From Clostridia bacterium (lineage in GTDB: Bacteria > Bacillota > Clostridia > Oscillospirales > QAMX01), in the NCBI GenBank assembly GCA_017547975.1, contig JAFYNU010000233.1:1-27548 (forward strand): a DNA stretch of 27,548 nucleotides. The letters are read 5' to 3'. Position 1 is the stretch's first letter; each line of letters starts with the position of its first letter. This document shows, piece by piece, positions 11,503 through 20,347 of the stretch. The notes under the pieces were generated by a model. It was not told the origin of the DNA. It saw nothing but the letters and a program-made list of their open reading frames with translations, and searched no databases. A program made the translations under genes and the position numbers.

Positions 11503-12615
11503 TTAGTTCTTCAAGCGGACCGGCATGATGATCTGGATGTAGTTGTCGTTATTTTCGGGACGAACGACACAAGGCAACACCGGGCTGGAAAGCTCCAGAG
11601 TAAGATTTGCCTCGTCAATGGCCTTAATGGCATCCAGGAAGATGCGGTTATTGAATCCGATTTCGAAATTTTCGTAGCTTGCGGGAAGATCAATTTCATC
11701 GCTTGCGGTACCCAGTGTGGAAACGCAGGAGAGCCGGGCGGTGTTTCCCGAAAGAGAGAAACGGACATGGTTGCGGAGTCTTTCGTTGATGATCAGCGAA
11801 ACGCGTTCGGCAGCGTCGGAGAGACGTTTTTGATCAAAGGGAACAACGATATGTCCTTTTTTGGGGATAAAGGAGGTGTAATCGTAATATTTGCCTTCCA
11901 GCAGACGGGAAATGACGGTGGTTTTTTCCAGTTTGAAGCAAATACGCTTTTGGGAAAGGATGATTTCCACGGGATCTTCCACGTCTTCCAGGATTTTTTC
12001 CATTTCGCGGGAGGTGGGACCGGGCAAAATGAAATCGAAATCTTTTTGATCGGCAGTCAGATTCAGGAGTTTTTCCCGGCGCATGGCCATACGGTAATTG
12101 TCAATGGCTACAATATTGAGGATACCATCTTTTACGTCAAAGTATAACCCGGTCAGAATGGGTTTGATGTCGGTTTGTGCGGTGGCAAAGATGGTTTTTT
12201 CGATCATGTTTTTCAGAGTATCCTGGGGAACGGTCAAAGAAAGCTCCTGTTCAATGGAGGGAATTTCGGGGAATTCGGCAGGATCGATCAGAGGAATGGA
12301 AAATTCGACGGGACCGCACTTGATGTGGGTAACTCCTTCGTTTTCGGTTTCGAAGATGATGTTTTCATCGGGAAGCTTGCGGATAATGTCGGAGAAGAGA
12401 CGGGCATTGACACAGGTTTTGCCTTCCTCTTCCACGTTGGCGCTGCACTTGGTAATGATGCCGATTTCCAGATTGTAGGAAGTCAGGGTCAGTCCTTCGT
12501 AGGTGCATTCGATCAGAATCCCTTCCAGGGCGGGAATGGCGTTTTTGGCGGCTACGGCGCGGGATGCAATACCCAGGGATTCGGCTAATATGGCCTTCTG
12601 GCAAATGAATTTCAT
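11503..12615 (-). CDS. dnaN: DNA polymerase III beta sliding clamp
   Basis: MKFICQK...IPALEGILI, RLLEGKY, IGFNNRIFLDA and IIMPVRL. Start moved to ATG 12615, which follows AAGGAG. Confidence 0.97.
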   Translation of the reverse strand: MKFICQKAILAESLGIASRAVAAKNAIPALEGILIECTYEGLTLTSYNLEIGIITKCSANVEEEGKTCVNARLFSDIIRKLPDENIIFETENEGVTHIKCGPVEFSIPLIDPAEFPEIPSIEQELSLTVPQDTLKNMIEKTIFATAQTDIKPILTGLYFDVKDGILNIVAIDNYRMAMRREKLLNLTADQKDFDFILPGPTSREMEKILEDVEDPVEIILSQKRICFKLEKTTVISRLLEGKYYDYTSFIPKKGHIVVPFDQKRLSDAAERVSLIINERLRNHVRFSLSGNTARLSCVSTLGTASDEIDLPASYENFEIGFNNRIFLDAIKAIDEANLTLELSSPVLPCVVRPENNDNYIQIIMPVRLKN

Positions 12616-12639
12616 AGGCTCTCCTTGTGAATATAAAGA

Positions 12640-12843
12640 CAAATATAGTTATTATTATTTTGTTGTTGTAGTAGAGGGTGTGGATATGGTGGAAAAGCTA
12701 TGGAAACGGGCTTGTCAGGCTGATTTCCGTGTTTGCATTTCCTGGGGATAAATCAAACGGGGTGGGGATTGCTTTGTGGACATCCTGAGATTACACACAT
12801 CCACTTTTCCACTGTGGAAAAAGTCCTGTGGATTTGTGGATTA
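12640..12843. other. oriC: oriC (dnaA-dnaN intergenic): DnaA boxes, basal unwinding system (tandem boxes, GC spacer, DnaA-trios) and AT-rich DUE
   Basis: Boxes: 12679 ATATCCACA, 12688 TTTTCCACC, 12743 TTATCCCCA, 12775 ATGTCCACA, 12805 TTTTCCACT, 12813 TTTTCCACA, 12827 AAATCCACA, 12835 TAATCCACA. The abutting pair at 12679-12696 is followed by a CCCT spacer, trios 3'-GAT GAT-5' (12669-12674), then TTG and ATT triplet repeats and an AT-rich tract. Confidence 0.88.
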
Positions 12844-14142
12844 ATTTTCCCGGGAAATGTCGAAGGACAAATCCTTGATTTGAGCTTTGAATTCCGGGTC
12901 TTTTGCCATCATTTCTTCCACTTTTCGGATGGCATTCATAACGGTGGTGTGGTCTTTTCCGAATTCACGGCCGATTTCCGGCAGGGAAAGACCAATCTTT
13001 TCACGAATCAGGTACATGGCCACCTGCCTGGGAACCAGTGCTTCCTTCCGGCGGCTGGTGGAGCGGATGGTATCGGGTTCAATGCCGTAGAACTTGGAAA
13101 CTTCGGTTACCACCAGATTGGGGGTCATCATGACGCCGGGGTCATCCCGGAGGACGTCCTTGATGGCTTCGCTGACCATATCCAGGTCGATGACCTGGTG
13201 GAGGAGATTCTGTTTTGCCATCAGTTTTTTGACGGTACCTTCGATTTGACGGATGTTAGCCTTGATGGATTTTGCAATGTGCTGACAGAGCTTTTCAGAA
13301 AGATCCAGTCCCAAAAGGTCAGCCTTGTTTTTGATGATGGCCATACGGGTTTCGTAGTCAGGGTGGGCAATGTCGGCCAAAAGTCCCGCTTCAAACCGGG
13401 AACGAATGCGGTTTTCCAGGGTATACATTTCCTTGGGAGGATGGTCGGCGGTGACCACGATCTGGATGTTGGCCCCGTGAAGGTAGTTGAAGGTGTGGAA
13501 AAATTCTTCTTCGGTCTGCTTTTTACCGGCAATAAATTGAATATCGTCAATAAGAAGCAGGTCAGCGTTACGGTATTTTGCGCGGAATTCTTCCATGCGC
13601 TGGGCGCGCAGGGCGGAAATCAATTCAATGGTGAAGTCTTCCCCGGTGATGTAGACAATTTTGGCACCAGGCTTGTTTTTCCGGATCACGTTTTCGATGG
13701 CCCGGAGAAGGTGGGTTTTGCCAAGACCCGAGTCGCCGTAGATGTAGAGGGGGTTGTACTGATAGGCGGGTTTTTCGGCAACTGCCATGGCTGCGGCGTG
13801 GGCGAAACGATTGGAAGGACCCACAACGAAACGTTCGAAGGTGAATTCCTTGTATTCGCCGCCTTCCTCTTCCTGGGAGCCAAAAAGTTCGGCTTCTTCC
13901 GGAGTCATCAAGACAACGTGTACTTCGGCGGAAAACATGTCGTAGAGCTTGTTTTCCATGATTTCCTTGTAGCGCTCTTCGATATTGTTCTTGGTAATCT
14001 GGGAAGGAACCGATATGTAAAGGGTGTTGTTCTGGAACGCAATGGCACGGGCTTCGGAAAACCAGATGTTGATGGTAACCTGGGATAATTCGCTTTCAAG
14101 CAGTTTGAGAAGGTTTGTAAGGATGTCCTGTACAGTTTTCAA
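12841..14142 (-). CDS. dnaA: Chromosomal replication initiator DnaA
   Basis: YNPLYIYGDSGLGKTHLL, LLIDDIQF, EFFHTFN, RSRFEAGL and domain IV SLPEIG...DHTTV. Likely TTG start at 14142 (GGGG RBS), because the promoter lies inside the longer ORF; the start is less certain than the gene call. Confidence 0.96.
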   Translation of the reverse strand: MKTVQDILTNLLKLLESELSQVTINIWFSEARAIAFQNNTLYISVPSQITKNNIEERYKEIMENKLYDMFSAEVHVVLMTPEEAELFGSQEEEGGEYKEFTFERFVVGPSNRFAHAAAMAVAEKPAYQYNPLYIYGDSGLGKTHLLRAIENVIRKNKPGAKIVYITGEDFTIELISALRAQRMEEFRAKYRNADLLLIDDIQFIAGKKQTEEEFFHTFNYLHGANIQIVVTADHPPKEMYTLENRIRSRFEAGLLADIAHPDYETRMAIIKNKADLLGLDLSEKLCQHIAKSIKANIRQIEGTVKKLMAKQNLLHQVIDLDMVSEAIKDVLRDDPGVMMTPNLVVTEVSKFYGIEPDTIRSTSRRKEALVPRQVAMYLIREKIGLSLPEIGREFGKDHTTVMNAIRKVEEMMAKDPEFKAQIKDLSFDISREN

Positions 14143-14229
14143 ATTCGTATTCCCCGTTTCTGAGTGGATTTTTCCTTTGTAGGACCCAAGGATAACAGAG
14201 GGTTTCCCAAGGGGCATACCATACGATTT

Positions 14230-14258
14230 ATTGTACCACAAAATAGCGAAAATAGCAA
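14230..14258 (-). promoter_or_regulatory. SigA-type promoter of dnaA
   Basis: Minus strand: TTGCTA, 17 bp, TGg-TACAAT (extended -10). Confidence 0.7.
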
Positions 14259-14395
14259 GCCAAAATGACGGACGGACCACCATATTTTGTTATGAATCAA
14301 GGGGGAAACGAGCATCAAAAAAATGAGAAAAAGGGTAGCTTCAGAAAAAATCAAAAAGAAATTTTGAAAAAATACCCCAATTTCAAAAATAATCC

Positions 14396-14425
14396 TTGAC
14401 AAAACGGTCATTTATGCTTTATAAT
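14396..14425 (+). promoter_or_regulatory. SigA-type promoter of the rpmH operon
   Basis: TTGACA (14396-14401), 18 bp, TATAAT (14420-14425), with an A/T-rich UP-like tract upstream. Confidence 0.85.
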
Positions 14426-14513
14426 CTCTTTTGCGTCATTGAGGGGATAACTATGCCCTTTTGAGAAGATGGGTCATACCCCATTTTTAAAAATGCGAAA
14501 GGATGATTTCAAA

Positions 14514-14651
14514 ATGTTCAGAACATTCCAGCCTAAGAAAAAGCAGCGCAATAAGGAGTGCGGCTTCAGAAAGAGAATGCGCACCGCCAACGGCCGTAAG
14601 GTTCTCGCCCGCAGACGTGCCAAGGGCAGATATAAGCTCAACCGCGTTTAA
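14514..14651 (+). CDS. rpmH: 50S ribosomal protein L34
   Basis: [39 protein letters not shown]; AAAGGA 10 nt before ATG 14514; divergent from dnaA. Confidence 0.96.
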   Translation: MFRTFQPKKKQRNKECGFRKRMRTANGRKVLARRRAKGRYKLNRV

Positions 14652-14671
14652 TTTTCCCACTGTCTAAGCGT

Positions 14672-15010
14672 ATGAAATATACCGTACGGCTTAAAAACAG
14701 CAACGACTTTCGTAAATTGTATCGCAGAGGCAAGACCGCTGCACATCCTGTGATAGCGGTCTATTGCCGCGGAAACGGCCGCCGGGAAAACCGGGTCGGC
14801 GTTGCGGTCAGTGTGAAGCTTGGCAATGCTGTTTGGCGCAATCGGGTAAAACGTCGCCTTCGGGAGGTTTATCGCCTGCACGAGGATCGTTTTTTGCCCG
14901 GTCAGGACGTAATTTTTGTTGGCAGAAAGCGTACATATGACGCAAAGTTTTCCGAATTGGAATCTTCCATGCTGAAGATCTGCGGAAAGCTTGGTATGCT
15001 TCGCAAATGA
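14672..15010 (+). CDS. rnpA: RNase P protein component
   Basis: [37 protein letters not shown] (RNR motif); synteny. Confidence 0.96.
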   Translation: MKYTVRLKNSNDFRKLYRRGKTAAHPVIAVYCRGNGRRENRVGVAVSVKLGNAVWRNRVKRRLREVYRLHEDRFLPGQDVIFVGRKRTYDAKFSELESSMLKICGKLGMLRK

Positions 15011-15252
15011 AAAGAATTCTGATCGGTTTGATCCGTTTTTACCAAAGGTATATTTCTCCCATGAAAGGACCCTGTTGCAGGTTCATCCCGACCTGTTCGG
15101 AATATGCTGTCCTTTCGATTCAACGTTTCGGAGTTTTTCGTGGAGTGATTTTGAGTACGCGCCGCATTTTGCGGTGTCATCCGCTCTGCCCGGGGGGATA
15201 CGACCCGGTTCCGGAAACCTATCCCAAAAGGGGTAGAAAAAACAGCAACTAA
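15007..15252 (+). CDS. yidD: Membrane protein insertion efficiency factor YidD
   Basis: YQRYISP...[12 protein letters not shown]...[18 protein letters not shown]. Confidence 0.95.
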   Translation: MKRILIGLIRFYQRYISPMKGPCCRFIPTCSEYAVLSIQRFGVFRGVILSTRRILRCHPLCPGGYDPVPETYPKRGRKNSN

Positions 15253-15302
15253 CAAAAGAAAGGAACGTTTTCTTTTTCCGTGGAAAAGAAAACAACTGAG
15301 AA

Positions 15303-16319
15303 ATGGACATCTTCGGCACATTGATTGCACGTCCGTTTGGATGGGTTTTTTGGGCAATTCTGAAGCTGATCAATAACTACGGTATCGCAATCATTATCTT
15401 TTCTCTGATCGTGAAGGTGATTCTCTATCCCCTTCAGTATAAGAGCAAAAAGGGAATGCTTGCCCAGCAGCGCCTCCAGGGCAAAATTAAGGATCTGGAA
15501 GCCCGCTACAAGAATGACAGAAACGCCTACAACCAGGCCCTCCAGGAGCTTTATACCAAAAACGGAATCAGCCCGATGTCGGGATGCCTTCCCATGCTTC
15601 TGATATTCCCCATCATGATCGGTCTTTACCGGGTGATCCGTCAGCCCATCACCTACGTGTTTGGCAAGGGCAAGGAATTGACCGCTATCATCGAGGGAAT
15701 CATCGCCAACAACAGTGAAGCTGCCGCCGTATTGCAGCCCATGCTGGAGAATTCCTCCAAAATCGTGGACGAGATTCCCATCATGCGCTACCTGACTGAG
15801 GCCGATCCTTACTACATCGATATGACCTTCCTGGGTATGGATTTGACCGTTCAGCCTACCCTTTCCTGGAACGTACTTGTTCTTTTGCCCATTATTTCGG
15901 GTGTCACTGCCTATCTGATGAGCTATATCAGTCAGAAGCTGCAGGAAAAGACCACCGGTGTACAGGTCCAGATGAATGGCAGCAGCAAGTCCCTTCTCTA
16001 CACCATGCCCCTCCTTTCGGTGGTGATCGGTTTCACCCTTCCCGCCGGCCTGACCGTTTACTGGATCGCAAACAACGTTCTGGGTATTGCCCAGGAGTAC
16101 GTGCTCCAGTTGCAAATGCGTAAGATTGTACGGGAACAGGAAGAAAAAGAAGCGGCAGAAGAAGCAGTTACCCGCGCCCAGCGGGAAGCCGCTATGGAAA
16201 AGAACAGAGAGATCCAGAAGCAACTGAACGCATCCGGAAAGAAAAAGCAAAACAGTTCCAAGAAAACCTACAAGCTCAGCCGTCCGGCAAGAGGTGCCAG
16301 TGACGACGATGATGATTGA
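15303..16319 (+). CDS. yidC: YidC/Oxa1/SpoIIIJ membrane insertase (no lipoprotein signal; long charged C-tail)
   Basis: NYGIAIIIFSLIVKVILYPL, LYTKNGISPMSGCLPMLLIFPI and LPAGLTVYWIANN; synteny. Confidence 0.94.
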   Translation: MDIFGTLIARPFGWVFWAILKLINNYGIAIIIFSLIVKVILYPLQYKSKKGMLAQQRLQGKIKDLEARYKNDRNAYNQALQELYTKNGISPMSGCLPMLLIFPIMIGLYRVIRQPITYVFGKGKELTAIIEGIIANNSEAAAVLQPMLENSSKIVDEIPIMRYLTEADPYYIDMTFLGMDLTVQPTLSWNVLVLLPIISGVTAYLMSYISQKLQEKTTGVQVQMNGSSKSLLYTMPLLSVVIGFTLPAGLTVYWIANNVLGIAQEYVLQLQMRKIVREQEEKEAAEEAVTRAQREAAMEKNREIQKQLNASGKKKQNSSKKTYKLSRPARGASDDDDD

Positions 16320-16336
16320 AAGGAAACCCAACTGAA

Positions 16337-16996
16337 ATGAGTCAGAAATATATTGAAGTGTCCGGCAAGACCATCGAGGATGCTCTGGCAGAAGCCCTTG
16401 CAACACTGAATATGGATCGTGACACCGTCAGCGTGGAAATCATCGAAAAGCCGAAGTCCGGCTTTTTGGGAATCGGTGCTGTTCCGGCAAAAATTCGTGT
16501 TTCTTATGAGTATTCCAAGGCGGACAAGACTCGTGACTTCCTGGAAGAGCTGTTTAAGCTCATGAAGATGGAAGCCGCCGTAACCATCGGGGAAGAGGAA
16601 GAGGGTCGTCTGAACGTCTCCCTTTCCGGCGATGAAATGGGTCTGATGATCGGCCGCAGAGGGGAAAACCTGGATGCTCTCCAGTACATCACCAATCTTG
16701 CGGTCAACAAGAATGAAACCGACAGAGTTCGTGTCAATATCGACACCGAAAACTATCGGGAAAAGAGAGAAGAATCGCTGGAACGGCTGGCCAAGCGGGT
16801 AGCCGACAAGGTTCTGAAGTATGGCAGAAGCGTTTCCCTGGAGCCCATGCCGCCCAGTGAAAGACGCGTCGTGCATGCTTTCCTGCAGGACTATAAGGGA
16901 ATCACCACCTTCTCTACCGGTAGCGAACCCCAGAGAAGAGTGATCGTTGCCCCTGCCGGTGCTCAGAATAAAAGAGAAAGAGATTCCAGAAAATAA
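16337..16996 (+). CDS. jag: Jag/KhpB/EloR RNA-binding protein (Jag-N, KH, R3H)
   Basis: SGKTIEDALAEAL, KH MIGRRGENLDALQY and R3H ERRVVHAFL; start set at MSQKY (16337). Confidence 0.94.
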   Translation: MSQKYIEVSGKTIEDALAEALATLNMDRDTVSVEIIEKPKSGFLGIGAVPAKIRVSYEYSKADKTRDFLEELFKLMKMEAAVTIGEEEEGRLNVSLSGDEMGLMIGRRGENLDALQYITNLAVNKNETDRVRVNIDTENYREKREESLERLAKRVADKVLKYGRSVSLEPMPPSERRVVHAFLQDYKGITTFSTGSEPQRRVIVAPAGAQNKRERDSRK

Positions 16997-17004
16997 ATCG
17001 CATG

Positions 17005-17036
17005 GGGGAATGGGCGTAAGTCGATTCCCCTTTTTT
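17005..17036 (+). terminator. Intrinsic terminator after jag
   Basis: GGGGAAT..GGC-GTAA-GTC..ATTCCCC hairpin (GNRA loop) followed by T6. Confidence 0.75.
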
Positions 17037-17056
17037 GATATCAGCGGAGGAAAATC

Positions 17057-18436
17057 ATGGATCGTGATACCATTTGTGCCATTGCCTCCCCCGAAGGGAG
17101 AGGCGCCATTGGCGTGATCCGCATCAGCGGAAAGGATGCTTTTTTCTGCCTGGATCGGGTATTTTATGCGAAAAGCGGCAAAAAAGCTGTTGAGCGGGCA
17201 CCCCGGGATATGGTGATGGGTAAAATCTATCATGGAGACCGGTTGGTGGACGAGGGTATGTGTGCCGTGTTTTTTGCCCCTGCTTCCTACACCGGGGAAA
17301 ATTCCGCTGAAATTTATTGCCATGGGGGTCGGGTTGTCACTCGGGAAATCCTTTCGGCCCTTTTGGAAAGCGGTTGCCGGCTTGCCCGGGGGGGCGAGTT
17401 TACCGAACGGGCTTTCCTCAATGGCAAAATGGATCTTGCCGCCGCCGAAGCGGTGGAGGAACTGATCGATGCGGCAAACCCGGTTTACGTCAGCACCGCC
17501 GCGGCCAATCTTTCGGGGCGCTTCGGTCGGCGTATCAAGGCCATCCGGGATGAACTGGTGGACGTGGCCACCCATTATGCGGCTTGTCTCGACTATGCCG
17601 ACGAGGGGGTGGAACCCCCCGATCCCACGGTGGTGGAAGAAAAGATGCTTCGGGCAGAGCGGGAGCTCAAAAAGCTCCGGGCGGGCTGTCTGGATGGTAA
17701 AATCGTCCGGGAAGGGGCCCCTGTGGCCATTGTGGGCCGCACCAACAGCGGAAAATCCACCCTTCTCAACTATGTTCTGGGCTATGACCGGGCCATCGTT
17801 ACCAACATTGCCGGTACGACCCGGGACATCATTGAGGAAAGCATTTCCCTCAAAAACGGAATCCTGCGCTTTATCGATACCGCAGGATTCCGGGAAACCG
17901 ACGATCCGGTGGAGCGAATCGGCATTGAACGCAGCCGGGAAAGTCTTTCCCGGGCAGAAATGGTACTCATGCTGTTTGACGGCAGTACAGCACCTTCGGA
18001 AGAGGATAAGATTTCCGCACAGGCTGTGGAAAACGAAATGCAAAACCGGCCCAATCTGCAGGTTTTCAAGGTTATCAATAAGCAGGATAAGGGTGTATCC
18101 TTTGGCTACGAGAATTTCCTTCCTGAACTGGAACCCCTTTATATTTCTGCAGAAACCGGGGATGGTGTTGAAAACCTCCTGGAAAAGCTGGAAGAAAGCC
18201 TGAAAACCGGGTCGGATGAGGCCGATCTGGTGACCAATCTGCGCCACAGCGACGTTATCATCCGGACAAGTGACGTTTTGAGTGCCACCGTGGCCGACCA
18301 GCGCCGGATGATGACCGACGACGTGATTTGGTCGGGGGTCATCTCGGCCTGTGAGATCCTTGGGGAGATCACGGGAGATGAAGTGAAGGAAGACATGATC
18401 CAACGCATTTTTGAACAATTTTGCGTGGGAAAATAA
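17057..18436 (+). CDS. mnmE: tRNA modification GTPase MnmE (TrmE)
   Basis: GAIGVIRISG, SYTGEN, GEFTERAFLNGKMDL, G1 GRTNSGKS, GTTRD, DTAG, NKQD and C-terminal FCVGK. Confidence 0.97.
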   Translation: MDRDTICAIASPEGRGAIGVIRISGKDAFFCLDRVFYAKSGKKAVERAPRDMVMGKIYHGDRLVDEGMCAVFFAPASYTGENSAEIYCHGGRVVTREILSALLESGCRLARGGEFTERAFLNGKMDLAAAEAVEELIDAANPVYVSTAAANLSGRFGRRIKAIRDELVDVATHYAACLDYADEGVEPPDPTVVEEKMLRAERELKKLRAGCLDGKIVREGAPVAIVGRTNSGKSTLLNYVLGYDRAIVTNIAGTTRDIIEESISLKNGILRFIDTAGFRETDDPVERIGIERSRESLSRAEMVLMLFDGSTAPSEEDKISAQAVENEMQNRPNLQVFKVINKQDKGVSFGYENFLPELEPLYISAETGDGVENLLEKLEESLKTGSDEADLVTNLRHSDVIIRTSDVLSATVADQRRMMTDDVIWSGVISACEILGEITGDEVKEDMIQRIFEQFCVGK

Positions 18437-18463
18437 CAGAAACGATAGAAGAAGGGCAAAAGT

Positions 18464-20344
18464 ATGCAGATCACAAGATATCAGGCAGGAACATACGATA
18501 TAGCCGTCATTGGCCTGGGTCACGCCGGGATCGAAGCGGCTCTGGCTTGTGCACGCATGGGCCTTCGGACCATTGCCTTTACCATCAATTTGGACAGCGT
18601 TGGCAACATGCCCTGTAATCCTGCCATCGGAGGTACCGCCAAGGGTCATCTGGTGCGGGAACTGGATGCCCTGGGGGGCGAAATGGGCAAGGCCGCCGAC
18701 GACTGTTGCATCGAATACCGTATGCTTAACCGGGGCAAGGGTCCTGCGGTCTACTCCCTTAGGGGGCAGATCGACCGGGTGAAATACCGGGAACGCATGA
18801 AGGCAACTCTGGAAAAAACGAAAAATTTGTATATTGTCCAGGCCGAGGTGGTGGAGCTTCTGACCGAAGAGGAAAAGGTCACCGGCGTTGTGACCCGCAC
18901 CGGCGCCACCTACGGGGTAAAAGCGGCTATTATTTGTACCGGTACCTACCTGGAAGGCAGTATTATCATCGGGGAACTTTCCTACGAAAGCGGCCCGGAT
19001 GGACTTTTCCCCAGCAAGGGACTTTCGGCCTCTCTTGCCAAAACCGGCCATACCCTCAGGCGATTCAAAACCGGAACCCCTCCCCGCATCAATCGTTCCA
19101 CGGTGGATTTCACCAATCTGGAAGTGCAAACCGGGGATGAGGATATCGAACCCTTCTCCTTTTCCACCAAGGAAAAGAAGGAAAATCTGGCGGTTTGCCA
19201 CCTGACCTACACCAATCCCACCACCCACCAGATCATCCGGGACAATCTCCATCGTTCCCCCCTCTTTTCGGGCAACATCAAGGGAATCGGTCCCCGTTAT
19301 TGCCCCTCCATTGAGGATAAGGTGGTGCGTTTTGCCGACAAGGACCGTCACCAGCTCTTTGTGGAACCCATGGGCTTGGATACCGATGAGCTCTACATCC
19401 AGGGCTTTTCCTCCTCCATGCCGGAGGAGGTACAGCTCCAAATGCTCCATTCGGTGGAGGGTATGGAGCACGCCCACGTGCAACGCAGTGCCTACGCCAT
19501 CGAATACGACTGTGTGGATCCCCGGGAGCTCTACCCCACCCTGGAAAGCAAGCTGATTTCCGGTCTTTACGGTGCCGGCCAGTTCAACGGCAGCTCGGGC
19601 TATGAGGAAGCGGCGGTACAGGGCTTTGTGGCAGGGGTCAACGCCGCAAATAAGCTTCTGGGTCGGGAACCCTTTGTTCTCATGCGGGAGGATGGGTATA
19701 TCGGCACCCTCATTGACGACCTGACCGACAAGGGAACCAACGAACCCTATCGCATGATGACCTCCCGTTCGGAGTACCGTCTGATCAACCGGCAGGATAA
19801 CGCCGACCAACGGCTGATGGGAGTGGGCCATGACCTGGGCCTGGTTTCGGATGAAACCTACAGCGAAATGCTCCAAAAATATGCTCTGGTGGAGGAAGAA
19901 ATCCTGCGCCTGGAAAAAACCGGAGCCCGTTTTGATGAGGATTTCTTCAAAGCAGTGGAGGAAAAAACCGGCGGCAACGTCCACAAGGGGGTGAAGCTTG
20001 CCGATCTTCTGCGCCGTCCCGGTGTTACCTACGACGAGCTTGCGGCGGTGGATCCCGATCGGCCGACCCTTCCCCGGGACGTGACCCAGGAAGTGGAAAT
20101 TGCGGTCAAATACGAGGGCTATATCAAGCGGGAACGGGAAAAGGTGGACAAGGTAAAACGTCTTGCCAAGCGAATCCTGCCCGCCGATCTGGACTATATG
20201 TCCATGGCAACCCTGCGGCTGGAGGCCCGGCAAAAGCTGGCGGCGGCCAAGCCCAAAACCATCGGAGAAGCCTCCCGGATTTCGGGGGTCAGCCCGGCGG
20301 ATATCAGCGTACTGCTCCTGTATACCGAGCAGGGAAAGGCATAA
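18464..20344 (+). CDS. mnmG: tRNA uridine-5-carboxymethylaminomethyl synthesis enzyme MnmG (GidA)
   Basis: GLGHAG, MPCNPAIGG, RFKTGTPPR, GPRYCPSIEDK, AGQFNGSSGYEEAA and EPYRMMTSRSEYRL. Confidence 0.98.
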   Translation: MQITRYQAGTYDIAVIGLGHAGIEAALACARMGLRTIAFTINLDSVGNMPCNPAIGGTAKGHLVRELDALGGEMGKAADDCCIEYRMLNRGKGPAVYSLRGQIDRVKYRERMKATLEKTKNLYIVQAEVVELLTEEEKVTGVVTRTGATYGVKAAIICTGTYLEGSIIIGELSYESGPDGLFPSKGLSASLAKTGHTLRRFKTGTPPRINRSTVDFTNLEVQTGDEDIEPFSFSTKEKKENLAVCHLTYTNPTTHQIIRDNLHRSPLFSGNIKGIGPRYCPSIEDKVVRFADKDRHQLFVEPMGLDTDELYIQGFSSSMPEEVQLQMLHSVEGMEHAHVQRSAYAIEYDCVDPRELYPTLESKLISGLYGAGQFNGSSGYEEAAVQGFVAGVNAANKLLGREPFVLMREDGYIGTLIDDLTDKGTNEPYRMMTSRSEYRLINRQDNADQRLMGVGHDLGLVSDETYSEMLQKYALVEEEILRLEKTGARFDEDFFKAVEEKTGGNVHKGVKLADLLRRPGVTYDELAAVDPDRPTLPRDVTQEVEIAVKYEGYIKREREKVDKVKRLAKRILPADLDYMSMATLRLEARQKLAAAKPKTIGEASRISGVSPADISVLLLYTEQGKA

Positions 20345-20347
20345 GCC

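Noticed and set aside
12733-14088. 451-aa ORF opposite dnaA (also the ORFs opposite gltA, dnaN, yidC and thiT)
   Set aside because: Antisense shadows of confidently identified genes.
14143-14283. 47-aa N-terminal extension of DnaA; likewise the extensions on the URO-D-like (to 24287), lipoprotein (from 21994), rpmH and dnaN ORFs
   Set aside because: Promoters or RBS sites lie inside these extensions, so the downstream starts are better supported.
14362-14388. TTTTGAAA-N11-TTTCAAAA inverted repeat upstream of the rpmH promoter
   Set aside because: Low-complexity A/T sequence, most simply part of an UP element.
16268-20233. 1321-aa antisense ORF spanning jag, mnmE and mnmG
   Set aside because: It is codon-aligned with three sense genes that happen to share one frame (all starts are 2 mod 3). 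Antisense stops need sense TTA/CTA/TCA, which appear rare here. The translation has no recognisable motifs. Shadow ORF.
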